This document shows, piece by piece, positions 9,625 to 18,755 of a stretch of DNA of 64,000 nt. Within the stretch, counting starts at the first letter, position 1; every line of letters begins with the position of its first letter. Both the position numbers and the translations under genes were made by a program. This DNA is from a virus: positions 1 through 64,000 of the IMG/VR virus record IMGVR_UViG_3300012953_000016; one strand, given 5' to 3'. The notes under the pieces were generated by a model that was not told where the DNA came from, made no database searches, and worked only from the letters and a program-made list of their open reading frames with translations.

Positions 9625-10818
9625 TCAACCCTCCGGTAAAATTAACTCTTCTTCTAGCCCCATCGCGATGGTTCGGACTTCCTCATAAGATTCAGCATCA
9701 ATATCAACATTTTTGGGATCAAACTCTTTGACTAGTGCTGCCTTAAGTAGAGCGTCGACGTATCCACCATACTCTTTAGAATACATGACTTCATCAAAAT
9801 CTTGTTTATAAAACTTTTTCTCGATCTTGACTTCACCGGTATCAGGATTTGAAACGGTCAACGTTTTCCATGCACCGGTGCCTGATACTGTAACTTCTTC
9901 GTCGGCGATTACTTCACTTCCATGCTTTCGAAGTAGATCAAAAACCTGTTCATGTTCAACAATGCCTTTACCAAAACGAATTTCAAAGTTGGCACTTCTA
10001 AATGGAGGTGCTACCTTATTCTTAATAGTCTTAGCTGAAACGTGAATTCCAATTACTTCTTTGTCTTTATTTTCAATTCGCTGGCCGGCCCCCAACTTAA
10101 TTCGTACAGACGAGTGAAAAGGAATTGCCTTACCCCCGGGTGTAGTAGTAGGATCTCCATACATTACTCCAATTTTAGTTCGGATCTGGTTAAGGATTAC
10201 AAACAGCACATTTTGATTCGCAATTACTCCGGTAATTTTTCGCATACCTTTTGAAATTGCCCTTGCTTGTAGCCCGATAGTTTCCTTGTCATAATCGCCT
10301 ACTAGCTCCGCCTTGGGAGAAGTGGCAGCAACCGAGTCCCACACAATCGTAATCGGGACATCCTTATCCATTGCTTTTGCTTTCATAATTGTTGCTTCAG
10401 CGATAGATAGAACTTCCTCAGTACAATGTGTATCAACATACACAAATCGTTGTGAAATGTCAACACCAAGTAATGCAAGGTTCTCAACAGAAGTTGCATT
10501 CTCAGTATCGATATAAACTACGATTCCGCCCATCTGTTGTGTAGACCTTGCAATTTGAATTGCAAGGTGAGATTTGCCAATAGATGGAGGGCCGAAGATC
10601 TCAATAATTCGTCCTTCTGGCATGCCTCCATTTTCCCTATTAGCAACAATATAATCTAGCTGTTTACATCCTGTAGATATCCATCTCTTTACATGGGTTG
10701 GAGAAACATCATATGCTAAATTATATGCAACCTTGCTTCCATGTTCTTTATTAAGAGATTGAATCAAGTCATTCGTAAAGTCATCGGTTGCGGGAAGGGT
10801 CTTCTTTTTCTTTGCCAT
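9625..10818 (-). CDS. recA: RecA/UvsX recombinase
   Basis: GGMPEGRIIEIFGPPSIGKS, IDTE, VWDSVAA, NQIR.KIGVMYG.P.TTPGG.A, KNKVAPPFR. Confidence 0.95.
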   Translation of the reverse strand: MAKKKKTLPATDDFTNDLIQSLNKEHGSKVAYNLAYDVSPTHVKRWISTGCKQLDYIVANRENGGMPEGRIIEIFGPPSIGKSHLAIQIARSTQQMGGIVVYIDTENATSVENLALLGVDISQRFVYVDTHCTEEVLSIAEATIMKAKAMDKDVPITIVWDSVAATSPKAELVGDYDKETIGLQARAISKGMRKITGVIANQNVLFVILNQIRTKIGVMYGDPTTTPGGKAIPFHSSVRIKLGAGQRIENKDKEVIGIHVSAKTIKNKVAPPFRSANFEIRFGKGIVEHEQVFDLLRKHGSEVIADEEVTVSGTGAWKTLTVSNPDTGEVKIEKKFYKQDFDEVMYSKEYGGYVDALLKAALVKEFDPKNVDIDAESYEEVRTIAMGLEEELILPEG

Positions 10819-10843
10819 ATTGCAATCCTTTTGTAGATACTAG

Positions 10844-10872
10844 AGTATACACTTAAAGCAGCTGAATGTTCA
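10844..10872 (-). promoter_or_regulatory. Sigma70-like promoter TGAACA-N17-TATACT
   Basis: Directly upstream of recA; same architecture upstream of gp32, polA and primase. Confidence 0.6.
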
Positions 10873-10904
10873 AAAAGAAAGGCAGGGTTTCCCCTGCCTT
10901 TTTT
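10872..10904 (-). terminator. Intrinsic terminator after gp32
   Basis: AAAGGCAGGG-GAAA-CCCTGCCTTT stem-loop followed by a U-rich tract. Confidence 0.8.
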
Positions 10905-10925
10905 AATTAAAACTCTAAATACTTT

Positions 10926-11762
10926 TTATAGATCTTCTAGATCCGCAAAAGCATCATCTAGACTTCTATACTTTGCCGATGCTTCGGTAGACTCGCTAGT
11001 TTCGCTCGTAGTTTCATTGCTAGCAGTGGTAGCCTTAGCTGCAGGTGCAGCCGACTTAGACTCGGTAAAGCTTGACGTTGCATTTCGAGTAGTGCCGTCG
11101 GTGTCTTCTTCACCATTGAGCCAATCATTTACAATCTTCTCAAGCTCTTCAAATGTCTTAAGTGTATAAAGATCATCTAGCGACGGGACATTATCAGTCC
11201 ACGTCTTAATCTGGGCTGCATCGGAAGATAGGGCTGTTGCCTTTCCCCGAGGGCGAACCGTTGTAGTAGCCCACATTCGGCCAGGTGGCTTTGTACAGAC
11301 AACCTTAACGTCGCGTCCTTCGGTAGGATCTGTGATATCGCCATAATCTTCATCCAACATAATGTTCAATAGAGACTGATACACAGTCTTTCCGAATGAC
11401 CAAAGACGTACACCTTTCTCCTCTTCACCGCGGACAACAACCGGCGCATAACAACGCATCTTAGGATAAAGCTTCTTAGCTAGCTCGTATGATTCCTTTG
11501 AGCCGTCTTCACGTAGCGTATTAATAAGGTCCTGAATTGGGTCTGGTTCACCAAATTGCTTCGGTGCCAAAAGGCCAGGGTTGTTTCCGATATTATAATA
11601 GAACCACCGCTCCTTAAAGGGCTGCCCATCATTGTCTGAGAATGAGAGAAGACGTACGGTATGCTCCTCTCCTTCTTCCGGACGCCACATTACATTGCGA
11701 CGACTGTTAGTGCCAGAAAGTTGTCCTAGCTTCTTGCGAATTGCATCAAAATCGATTGCCAT
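10926..11762 (-). CDS. Single-stranded DNA-binding protein (T4 gp32-like)
   Basis: W.P..G...VR, DPI, LWSFGK.VY, DYGDITDP.EGRD; acidic C-terminus LDDAFADL. Confidence 0.88.
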   Translation of the reverse strand: MAIDFDAIRKKLGQLSGTNSRRNVMWRPEEGEEHTVRLLSFSDNDGQPFKERWFYYNIGNNPGLLAPKQFGEPDPIQDLINTLREDGSKESYELAKKLYPKMRCYAPVVVRGEEEKGVRLWSFGKTVYQSLLNIMLDEDYGDITDPTEGRDVKVVCTKPPGRMWATTTVRPRGKATALSSDAAQIKTWTDNVPSLDDLYTLKTFEELEKIVNDWLNGEEDTDGTTRNATSSFTESKSAAPAAKATTASNETTSETSESTEASAKYRSLDDAFADLEDL

Positions 11763-11832
11763 TATTTTAACTCCTTAAATTTCGAACTGTATAAAGTTCA
11801 ACTGTTTGTTATTGTGGTACAACCACATGATA

Positions 11833-11860
11833 AGAATACTATGTTATGCGCTCATGTACA
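11833..11860 (-). promoter_or_regulatory. Sigma70-like promoter TGTACA-N16-TATTCT
   Basis: Upstream of gp32; matches the replication-gene promoter class. Confidence 0.5.
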
Positions 11861-11867
11861 AGAAAAA

Positions 11868-12116
11868 CTACCATTTATCTAATGGGCATTTATGTTTTGG
11901 GGCGAATACGACAGCGGGAAAAAAACATGAACATTTTCCGCACTTAAACCTAAGGGGTGCAACAGACTTTGGGAATATGGTATGTTGTAACTCTGGGCAC
12001 TCTATGCATATATTTGAACGATGCTCTACTAGAATCTTAAGTTTTGGATCCTGATGAATTTTAAGGAAGGACGAAAATAAGTTTGTCCAACCATCTTTTA
12101 TATCTTTAAGATTCAA
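11868..12116 (-). CDS. Small Cys-rich protein (DUF6171-like), paralog 2
   Basis: R..ICxxCP...CxxCxC...CPxxKW. Confidence 0.65.
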   Translation of the reverse strand: MNLKDIKDGWTNLFSSFLKIHQDPKLKILVEHRSNICIECPELQHTIFPKSVAPLRFKCGKCSCFFPAVVFAPKHKCPLDKW

Positions 12117-12372
12117 TTTTTCCCCACTTCCCTATTGGGCAACGTTTTCTAGGGGCAAATATCATGGCAGGAAAACTACACCCGCACTTTTTGCATCTGC
12201 CTTTGGGTATACTGGAATTTACTTTTGATGTTATATTAAGCTCTGGGCAGACGACACAAATCTTCGCTCTTTCTTCAACAGCTATTTTTAGTTTAGGCGA
12301 GAGTGATCTTTTGTTAATACTGTTCAAGATATAATTGAACCACCCATCTTTTATATTTTTTAATAAGCCCAT
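12106..12372 (-). CDS. Small Cys-rich protein (DUF6171-like), paralog 1
   Basis: IKDGW; R..ICVVCP...CKKCGC...CPIGKW. Confidence 0.65.
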   Translation of the reverse strand: MGLLKNIKDGWFNYILNSINKRSLSPKLKIAVEERAKICVVCPELNITSKVNSSIPKGRCKKCGCSFPAMIFAPRKRCPIGKWGKIES

Positions 12373-12375
12373 GGG

Positions 12376-12642
12376 TTATTCCTTATATGTACCGCCGCCA
12401 AAGGAACGAGAATTTAAGTCAGGCTTTTTCTTCTTTTTCTTCTTTTTCTTTACTTTGTCATCCGGATAAATACCAGTCGTACCAAGGGGTGCGACTGCTC
12501 CGCTTATTGACATCCCGCCTAAGGAAATCATCTCATCCTGCTTATCTTCATCTCGCTCATCAGGCTCTTTAAGCATATGGGTCTCCTTCTCAAGTAAAAC
12601 CCTCAACGATTCGCGAATATATAACCTTAGTACATCATGCAT
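12376..12642 (-). CDS. Hypothetical, likely internal head protein
   Basis: N-terminal LRLYIRESLRVLLE; poly-Lys stretch; late motif at 12662-12668; GAGG SD. Confidence 0.55.
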   Translation of the reverse strand: MHDVLRLYIRESLRVLLEKETHMLKEPDERDEDKQDEMISLGGMSISGAVAPLGTTGIYPDDKVKKKKKKKKKPDLNSRSFGGGTYKE

Positions 12643-12651
12643 ATCTTTACC

Positions 12652-12981
12652 TCACGTACTATAATTATTATCCCCAACAGATACTAGTATAATGCGATCT
12701 TTAAAGCTACCTTTTTTTGAGGCCTTAAGGGTGGCCGTTCGAAAAACCTCTTGCATATCTAAATCATGACAACTACACATTGATGAAAGAACCTCCCATA
12801 TATCTGCAGCTTCTTCATATGATGGGTTCTCTATAAACTCTTCAAGCTCTTCGCGAAGTTTATTATATAATGCCGATTTATATTCACTAAGATCAGTAGC
12901 TTGTGTAGTCTCGAAATTCTTACCGGTACTCTTAATAATGCTAGGGATCTTGTCCCTGACTAGCTTATTATACCGGATCAT
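12652..12981 (-). CDS. MazG-like NTP pyrophosphohydrolase (phosphoribosyl-ATP pyrophosphohydrolase-like)
   Basis: YNKLVRDKIP, KLREELEEF, EEAADIWEV, KKGSF. Confidence 0.8.
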   Translation of the reverse strand: MIRYNKLVRDKIPSIIKSTGKNFETTQATDLSEYKSALYNKLREELEEFIENPSYEEAADIWEVLSSMCSCHDLDMQEVFRTATLKASKKGSFKDRIILVSVGDNNYST

Positions 12982-13561
12982 TCTTGTCCCTATGGATTGT
13001 TACAGCTTTTGCCTGCTGCAACAATAGTGCCAACGAAGGCTCACTATTTACGTAAAAACGATTCTCTTCAAAATGAAATCCTGCAGCTAACTGAACTGCT
13101 AACCACTCATCATTTGTAAGTACTACACCATAATGCTGTAATAACCATAATGTACGATGTGAGACTGACATCTTGTTTAGATCTTCATTGTACTTATAAA
13201 GTTGGCCAAGTTTTTCCCGGTGCCAGTTTGAATCCTGCTCAACAAAATATCTCTTTGAAAGATCACCAACCTTGCCAAGTTCATGTAAAAGACCAACCTT
13301 AAGAATAGATGCAGTCGCAATATTCATGTCTAACGATGAGTTTAGCGTACGCATTGTTTGGGTTACTCTTAAAGCATGTTCAATAAGACCACCTGGGGCA
13401 CAACCATATTGATCAGTCCGAGGGGAGGCAGGACACATTATAAGCCTCTCGCCTAATGCATCTAATAGATTGTTAATTTTATCATCTGATAATCTTCTTA
13501 AAAGATTATCATAGGTTTCCCATCGGGATTGTAGTTCTTCGAAATCGACATCTTCTGACAT
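12968..13561 (-). CDS. HD-domain protein with degenerate metal ligands
   Basis: PAS...GGLIEH..RV, LLHELGKVG; extended -10 (TGaTATAAT) upstream at ~13586-13594. Confidence 0.75.
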   Translation of the reverse strand: MSEDVDFEELQSRWETYDNLLRRLSDDKINNLLDALGERLIMCPASPRTDQYGCAPGGLIEHALRVTQTMRTLNSSLDMNIATASILKVGLLHELGKVGDLSKRYFVEQDSNWHREKLGQLYKYNEDLNKMSVSHRTLWLLQHYGVVLTNDEWLAVQLAAGFHFEENRFYVNSEPSLALLLQQAKAVTIHRDKNDPV

Positions 13562-13616
13562 GATATACTCCAGTTGTTCAAATAGATTATATCACACAAC
13601 CTAGCGTTTTATAAGA

Positions 13617-14162
13617 TTACTGCCAACGGTCGCTATTATTTCTTACCTGGTACATCATTGTACCGCCGCTTGTTGGCTCAATTCGAATATGTCCATCCAT
13701 TTTGATAAGCCCGACTGATGCAGCTGCACGTACAGTATCAAAGACGAAAAGAGTTGACTGCCTGTCTTGTGGGAGACCGGCATTAGGATAAAAATACCCT
13801 TTCTTACCTTCACTATCTTCTTGATCTTCACCCTTACCAATTGCTTCAGCAAAGGTGCTATTTGCACGGCGGACACTCTCAACAACGGCATCTGCACGCT
13901 TAAGCGTCGAGTCCCCGCTACCTGTCTGTGCCCTAAGGGTTGACATCAACTTTCCTGGATTTACACTTGCCAGCCTCTTAGCTTTAGCAGTACTGCCATC
14001 CTCACCAGCAAATATTTCTTTTACCCACGCAGGATAATTACCTTGACCTGTTCCGCCTAAGACCTTACCACGGCCCCGGGATTTTGTTTCTTCTTTTTCT
14101 TCACGAAGGAGCATACGTTGAATATGACGCCTAATAAATAACTCTGCTTCTAAATTTGACAT
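13617..14162 (-). CDS. Hypothetical, likely internal head protein
   Basis: N-terminal FIRRHIQRMLLREE; late motif at 14184-14190. Confidence 0.6.
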   Translation of the reverse strand: MSNLEAELFIRRHIQRMLLREEKEETKSRGRGKVLGGTGQGNYPAWVKEIFAGEDGSTAKAKRLASVNPGKLMSTLRAQTGSGDSTLKRADAVVESVRRANSTFAEAIGKGEDQEDSEGKKGYFYPNAGLPQDRQSTLFVFDTVRAAASVGLIKMDGHIRIEPTSGGTMMYQVRNNSDRWQ

Positions 14163-14186
14163 AAAAACCTCTTATCCTCTAATTAA

Positions 14187-15404
14187 TTATTCGCCTGAGT
14201 CTCTGATAACACTTAGAGTGACAGGAAAATTTCCCAATGGTGATATATCAATCCCACCAGATAATAGCTCAGACAGGCCTTGGACATCATCCGGATGTAC
14301 GTCTAAAATCATTGCGTCGTGGATAACATACGTTGGAACACATCTCAAATTAAGATTATCAATTTTTTCTCGTAAGTTAATAAAGCCTAGTAATGCTGCA
14401 TCAACAGCGGATGACTGGATATAGTAGTTTATGATAGCTGGATCATCTGTCCTGTCAGGTTCTATATACCTACCAAAGTAATTTTGAAATCTCGAGTTTG
14501 TAGTAAGCTCAGGCTTTAAAGACTTTAATAGCTCTGGTACCCCGAAGAACTTTCTAATTTTATCAATAACAATCGATGCATTAAATTCTCTTCCAAGCAT
14601 TTTTGATAACCTAGACTTGGATACACCATATAGGGCGCACAATACAGCAATTTTTGCTTGTTCCCTAGTAATCCCAGAATTGAATAACTCTTTTGAAAGC
14701 TGGAGATATACATCATCGTCTGACTCAAACCCGGCGGTCAATCGGGCTACACGAGGTTCCAAAGAAACAAAATCAACTTGTAGTATCTTCCCACCCTCAA
14801 ACCGTGATGACATTATGTCTCTATATTTTTTTGGTAATGTTAATACTTGAGGACCTGAGGCTACCGTCAATCGGCCCGTCAATGTCGAAGACTGGTTATA
14901 TGTTATAGCCGGTGCCGTTGAATCAGCGGATGGCCGAAATGACTTAAGAGTGCTGCAAACTGTTTGGTTTTGTTCACCCTGGATGTATGAAGCTAGTAGC
15001 GGACCATCCACGAATGCACGTGATAGGCTTAAGAGGAAGCTTCGCTCTTTGATGAATACTTCATTATATTCATTGTCGGAGAAGCACCCAAGTGCATTCT
15101 CGAGGCTAGAAATTAATCTAACTAGTGATTTCTGAAACTCAGCAGGGGGTAATACAGCATGCCATGGTATTTCCTTCATATTATCTTGCAATATCGACCT
15201 AAATGATCTAATATGAGGCTTTGATTGTACCGAAGGTTTCTCGAAACCAAACAAATCCATGAGAGCATCGATACTTTTGGTCGAGGAAGGTTTTCCATAG
15301 ATCCAGGCATCTTCCGGAAATGTATTTGACCATGAGTATGATCCACCATGGTATACAAGGTGCTTTTTCGTGCCTAGCACATCTGAGCTTACGCAAATCA
15401 TCAT
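14187..15404 (-). CDS. Minimal family A DNA polymerase (polymerase domain only)
   Basis: TLTGRL, motif A VDFVSLEPRV, motif B REQAK.....LYG, NYYIQSSAVD, motif C IHDA; no exonuclease motifs recognised. Confidence 0.8.
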   Translation of the reverse strand: MMICVSSDVLGTKKHLVYHGGSYSWSNTFPEDAWIYGKPSSTKSIDALMDLFGFEKPSVQSKPHIRSFRSILQDNMKEIPWHAVLPPAEFQKSLVRLISSLENALGCFSDNEYNEVFIKERSFLLSLSRAFVDGPLLASYIQGEQNQTVCSTLKSFRPSADSTAPAITYNQSSTLTGRLTVASGPQVLTLPKKYRDIMSSRFEGGKILQVDFVSLEPRVARLTAGFESDDDVYLQLSKELFNSGITREQAKIAVLCALYGVSKSRLSKMLGREFNASIVIDKIRKFFGVPELLKSLKPELTTNSRFQNYFGRYIEPDRTDDPAIINYYIQSSAVDAALLGFINLREKIDNLNLRCVPTYVIHDAMILDVHPDDVQGLSELLSGGIDISPLGNFPVTLSVIRDSGE

Positions 15405-15410
15405 ACATTA

Positions 15411-15438
15411 ATAATATAAGGTATGATCTAAGTGTTCA
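15411..15438 (-). promoter_or_regulatory. Sigma70-like promoter TGAACA-N16-TATTAT (near-leaderless)
   Basis: The -10 box lies 6 nt from the ATG; no SD. Confidence 0.5.
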
Positions 15439-18400
15439 CGGGTTCTCTGAGATACTTCTTAATGACTGTGTCGCTAGATTTAATGTCGACTCATATGCAC
15501 CGTATGCATCAAGCTGCGTCATCTTTAAGCTTGTCTTAAATTCACCCTGCACTAACGCATGAGAAATTCCTGTTATGGCATATACATTATCGACATTTGT
15601 GCCTGTTCCAAAGTCAATAAAGAACTGTTGTCCGAAGCCAACTAGGGGGCAACCAATTATCTCTAAATCTAAAGAAGTTGGTGCAACCTTAAGGGGTAAC
15701 CCAGCATCTCGTGTCCCGGTAGGCGATCTAGCATCACCATGACCTGATCTCATCATCATAATTGTAGCCATTTGCGGGTCATTCTGGCTTGATAAGCTTG
15801 CATTCAAAACAGCGCTGGTCGAAGAGCCATATATTATACTCGGCATTACACTTCTTATAAAGTTTTTTATTCTCGGGAATCCACCATTGATTCTAAACAT
15901 TGATGGCTGTCGGCCTTCCGATGCATTGCCATCTCCAGTAACTGCGACAAGTAATTCTTGTTCAGTAGCTAACTCTATTACTTGCTTATGAGCTGCGCTG
16001 CGGTCGGCTGCGGGTACGGGCTCAGTTGATTGATTTTCTCTAAGTGCGGTAGAGATCTGGCCCATTGTATCATTCCTAGCAGCAGTTAAAAGATCTTGCA
16101 CACTTGAATAAGACGACTGGGCCTTGTCATACACATGTATCTTCAATATGGTCCTTACTTTTCCAGACACACCAGACTCATCTGAATTCATTGCGGGAAC
16201 ACATTCTGTATGAATTCCTATCCTGGGCTTTTTGAATTTCATAGATGACTCGGTCATTGTTATATCAGAGTGATAAGCATATGCCAGTCTTTTATTTTTT
16301 GCATCATGAAGAGCAGTAGGGCTTCCCTCTGTGTAATCCTTATGTAACTCTCTGTTACCTTCATCATTTGTCGTATACAGGTCGGCTAGCCCCCAGGCCT
16401 CATTATCTAAGCTACCCAAGAATTTTCTTTGAAGCATTCCTAAAAATCTACGTAAAGGAACGAATGCCGTCTGCTCTGTTAGTTTCTGGAGCTCAGCATC
16501 AAATTTTTCAACATTTATTGGAAACTCAGATATTTGCCGGTTTCTCATAAATGATGCATCTTTATTTATCGGGTAAAAAAACCATTGAATTTCATCAAAC
16601 TTTTCATCCATTGCTAGCGGTCCGGCGACATACGTCATTAAAACCTTACCCAACGAAACAAATTGTGGGTAATTCCTAAAAGCATATGGTAACCTATTAC
16701 CGTTTGCTGACTTATCATCTCTGCTTAAATGAGCATCAATGCGAGGATCACAACAATTAATCCTGACCTTACAGAAATTATGTTGATCCGGATGGATCGG
16801 TCTCCACCATGGATCACCTGAATGACTTGATTTAAGATGCTCTTTTTTCCATCCTAATGCTGCATCAATTGTTTGATCTAGCTCATGTAATGCGCCTGAC
16901 TCTGGATCACCAGGTTCACCCAAGAGACCGTCTAACGCAGTTGCGAGATCAGATGCAGAAGGGCTTACACCATCTGCGCCGGCGCGGTTCTGTGTACGCC
17001 AGGTATTCATTGCTGTTCTTGTCTCATTATCCAAGCCACCTATACCAGACATTGACGTAACACTATTTAACCATGTCTCACCGGTAGCATTAGATGAACC
17101 GGATTCACCTTGGGGACGCATTGCCCTCCGGAGGCGGCGTACTGTATCAAAAAGGCGATTAATTTCGTTTAGTTTCTGAGAAACGCCCGGGCCCTTGGAA
17201 ATATCAGATGTGTCAAAGCTTATAAGTCCCATCATGGAAAGCTCAACACCAATCTCGACCTGGCCGACTTCGTCAAAACTAAAATCAGAGTTTATAATCT
17301 TATATTTTTCTTTTACTCTCATTGAATTTAACAACGTTGCAAAAGGATTATCAGTATCATCTGTAGCTAAATGTAATCCGTCGGGATGCATCCATCCATA
17401 TTCTACTAATAGCTCTGTACTTCCATAAAGATCAGGCTTTATAAATTCACCCATCTCTGCTAATCTAGACCGATCATGTAATGTTATCTGTATCTTTGCG
17501 GTCTTATGTGACATCATGCCGCCAGAAGGTGTAACCTCAACAGTGAACGATTGCAATGTTGCTAATGGCCGGAATTTATCTAATACCCTTGCAGCCCGTG
17601 AACTTCCTATTCCGCCTGGATCATTTGCACTAGCTGCATGTGTTGAATCGGGCAGCGTAAAATCCATATTATCAGCATCAATCATCATTTGTGGCGATGT
17701 AAATAACTCCATCCCCGCTGTTGCAATTTGAGATTCATCTTTATCCTCTGAGTCAGGATCATCCCGGTACATACCTGAGGATAGTAAACTAGCATTTGTA
17801 GACTTAGTAATAATATAATCTGCCGACTCGCCACTAGGATCCAGCGTCTTCAATTCGACATTACCCATTAAAAACTGCGATAATGAAACAGTATCAACTT
17901 TTTCGTTTTCCCCAGTAGTAGGTGGGCGCTTACTTATTATCTGAATGTCTAAGTAAGGCTGGCAGCGAGACATTTCAACAGTTGGAACAAAGTTCATAAA
18001 TACTGCAACGGCACTCGAGTCCCTGGTCGCTGGGGAGAGATGTGAATCTTTTATATCAAAAACCGTAACTACTGGAGTTTGAGGTGTAGGGTTATCTAAG
18101 TGAGACTCGGAGTTGATACCAAGGCCATTAGCCATATCATCACGATCAGCATTTCTTCCTTGTAGATCATACTTGTTTATAGCATCAGGATCTTTCTCGA
18201 CCATCGCTGCTATAAGCTCGTCACTCCAAAAAAGGTTTCTTATACTTGCGGTGTTAGGTGCATAATGATCTGTATTCATTGCCCCTGCATCCCAAGCCAT
18301 CTCAGGATCTAAGAACGACAGGTCAGGCTTTTCGCGGAAGGAACCGCCACAATGACCAGCAGCTGATTCGTCAGCCCATTTAATAGGGATTGGGCGAGCA

Positions 18401-18753
18401 ACCTTATCACAGCCCTTTGCAGCAAGTGCGGATGGCTCAAAGGTTACACTCAACATCTCTATTAGTTTTGATGCATGTTCCCCACCAAGCTCCTCCGATA
18501 GTTTGTCTAATAGTTCCATCGTAGATAAAGAGCCTTCAGTTGCCTGTAAGAATAGTTCCCCTATTTTATGCTCTGGAGGTTTCTTCGCTAGTGCAGCTAA
18601 TTGCTGCTCCATTGTTGTATCTTCATCTGTTGCTGAGGAATCTTTCAATTCAATTAGAAGGTTCACAAATGCACTTTTTGAACGGATATTGAAATAACGC
18701 CCTAAGGCATCAATAGCCTTTGCAACCTCTGTATCCGTTTTCTTCTCAGCCAT
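15436..18753 (-). CDS. Large baseplate hub-like protein
   Basis: Follows the LysM gene; LLVEYGW hub-type motif; C-terminal L.IIGCP...GQQFFIDF...DNVY.ITGISH....G.F.T. Confidence 0.6.
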   Translation of the reverse strand: MAEKKTDTEVAKAIDALGRYFNIRSKSAFVNLLIELKDSSATDEDTTMEQQLAALAKKPPEHKIGELFLQATEGSLSTMELLDKLSEELGGEHASKLIEMLSVTFEPSALAAKGCDKVARPIPIKWADESAAGHCGGSFREKPDLSFLDPEMAWDAGAMNTDHYAPNTASIRNLFWSDELIAAMVEKDPDAINKYDLQGRNADRDDMANGLGINSESHLDNPTPQTPVVTVFDIKDSHLSPATRDSSAVAVFMNFVPTVEMSRCQPYLDIQIISKRPPTTGENEKVDTVSLSQFLMGNVELKTLDPSGESADYIITKSTNASLLSSGMYRDDPDSEDKDESQIATAGMELFTSPQMMIDADNMDFTLPDSTHAASANDPGGIGSSRAARVLDKFRPLATLQSFTVEVTPSGGMMSHKTAKIQITLHDRSRLAEMGEFIKPDLYGSTELLVEYGWMHPDGLHLATDDTDNPFATLLNSMRVKEKYKIINSDFSFDEVGQVEIGVELSMMGLISFDTSDISKGPGVSQKLNEINRLFDTVRRLRRAMRPQGESGSSNATGETWLNSVTSMSGIGGLDNETRTAMNTWRTQNRAGADGVSPSASDLATALDGLLGEPGDPESGALHELDQTIDAALGWKKEHLKSSHSGDPWWRPIHPDQHNFCKVRINCCDPRIDAHLSRDDKSANGNRLPYAFRNYPQFVSLGKVLMTYVAGPLAMDEKFDEIQWFFYPINKDASFMRNRQISEFPINVEKFDAELQKLTEQTAFVPLRRFLGMLQRKFLGSLDNEAWGLADLYTTNDEGNRELHKDYTEGSPTALHDAKNKRLAYAYHSDITMTESSMKFKKPRIGIHTECVPAMNSDESGVSGKVRTILKIHVYDKAQSSYSSVQDLLTAARNDTMGQISTALRENQSTEPVPAADRSAAHKQVIELATEQELLVAVTGDGNASEGRQPSMFRINGGFPRIKNFIRSVMPSIIYGSSTSAVLNASLSSQNDPQMATIMMMRSGHGDARSPTGTRDAGLPLKVAPTSLDLEIIGCPLVGFGQQFFIDFGTGTNVDNVYAITGISHALVQGEFKTSLKMTQLDAYGAYESTLNLATQSLRSISENP

Positions 18754-18755
18754 TT

